A stretch of DNA of 64,000 nt from a virus: IMG/VR virus record IMGVR_UViG_3300018877_000005, positions 1,523 through 65,522 of that record, one strand, 5' to 3'. The notes under the pieces are model-generated. The model was not told where the DNA came from and did no database searches. It was given only the letters and a program-made list of their open reading frames with translations. Positions 63,368 to 64,000 of the stretch are shown piece after piece. Within the stretch, counting starts at the first letter, position 1; every line of letters starts with the position of its first letter. Made by a program: the position numbers and the translations under genes.

Positions 63368-63795
63368 ACGCCGAACACTCGCTTGTATGGATCGTTCACG
63401 ACGCGAAGTCGCTCGCCCTGCATGAGAGGATGACTTTTGAGGGCCTCCCTCACCTCCTCGCTAACGCCGACCTCGATACGGCAGACGGTGACGTTCGCCG
63501 GGTGCTTCGGATCATCGAGCTTGCGCAGTTCCTCGCGAGCCTCGCGAATGGTGTCCTGGCGTCCCTGCTTGCGGGCAGCGGTGACGAGGGCGATGATCTG
63601 ATCTGCGGTGCATGTGAACACCTCGGCATCATCGTCCGTGATCTCGAAGCCGTAGTGCATCGCAGCTTCGATCATGAAGCATTGCGCTTCGGTACGCTCG
63701 ACAACGGTCTTTGCGGGCAGGCCGGGATCATCACTCTTGACAATCCCGTTTTCAATCATGAAGCGGCTGAAGCCGACGCCTAAATCGGTGCTCAT
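63364..63795 (-). CDS. Hypothetical protein
   Basis: ATG at 63795. Confidence 0.55.
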   Translation of the reverse strand: MSTDLGVGFSRFMIENGIVKSDDPGLPAKTVVERTEAQCFMIEAAMHYGFEITDDDAEVFTCTADQIIALVTAARKQGRQDTIREAREELRKLDDPKHPANVTVCRIEVGVSEEVREALKSHPLMQGERLRVVNDPYKRVFGV

Positions 63796-63797
63796 TC

Positions 63798-64000
63798 TCA
63801 CTGTCCTTCCTTGATCCTGAGACGGCCCTTGCCGGTTTTGCCGCCGTAAAATTCGATCTTCCCGAGAGCCTGGAGCTTGTTCCAAGTGGAGCGCATGAAC
63901 GGGGCGCTCTCCCCTGCCGCCAGAACGACTCCGTTCTTGTCGAACATCCCGTCGCCGTTGCGTCTGCGCAGCCATTCGAGTGCGTGTTCCGTCGCCCTCG
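63798..64000 (-). CDS. Hypothetical protein, 5'-truncated by the window edge
   Basis: Hand translation ...EHALEWLRRRNGDGMFDKNGVVLAAGESAPFMRSTWNKL... Confidence 0.6.
   Translation of the reverse strand, partial: RATEHALEWLRRRNGDGMFDKNGVVLAAGESAPFMRSTWNKLQALGKIEFYGGKTGKGRLRIKEGQ

Larger units (their letters stand above)
1..64000. mobile_element. Tailed phage genome, Chi-like/lambda-head siphovirus of an alphaproteobacterium; probably temperate with a plasmid-type prophage; circularly permuted and incomplete
   Basis: Complete replication, packaging, head, tail and lysis modules in Chi-like order; no host housekeeping operons; ORFs run off both edges. Confidence 0.93.

Overview
The whole window is one tailed-phage genome (GC-rich, siphovirus-like), with no host chromosomal genes. 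Gene order and content match the Chi-like / lambda-head lineage: primase-helicase, HTH, Cas4-like nuclease, DUF2815 SSB, DNA polymerase, VRR-NUC, SNF2 helicase, TerS/TerL, gpW, lambda-type portal, S49 protease, gpD, gpE capsid, tail and lysis genes. The host is an alphaproteobacterium, probably Hyphomicrobiales (rhizobial-type FlgE, GapR, WGR protein, CtrA box). The sequence appears circularly permuted and incomplete: a candidate cos lies at about 4.35 kb and the leftward small-gene arm runs off both window edges. Main unusual features: (1) a full-length flagellar hook gene flgE with an extra surface domain, inserted against the local gene direction; (2) a 7-kb insert between the helicase and terS carrying a repressor with a perfect CtrA box upstream, a type Ib ParA/RHH partition system with 9-bp repeat arrays, a WGR protein and an unclassified Rep-like protein, with no integrase visible, suggesting a phage-plasmid; (3) a cos-proximal early arm with ArdA and roughly sixfold enrichment of GASTC (CcrM-type GANTC) sites; (4) a recurrent terminal acidic (D/E)DL(I/V) peptide motif in about ten unrelated proteins; (5) three separate families of repeated DNA sites. 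All family assignments are from motif recognition by eye and all counts are hand counts; no searches were run.
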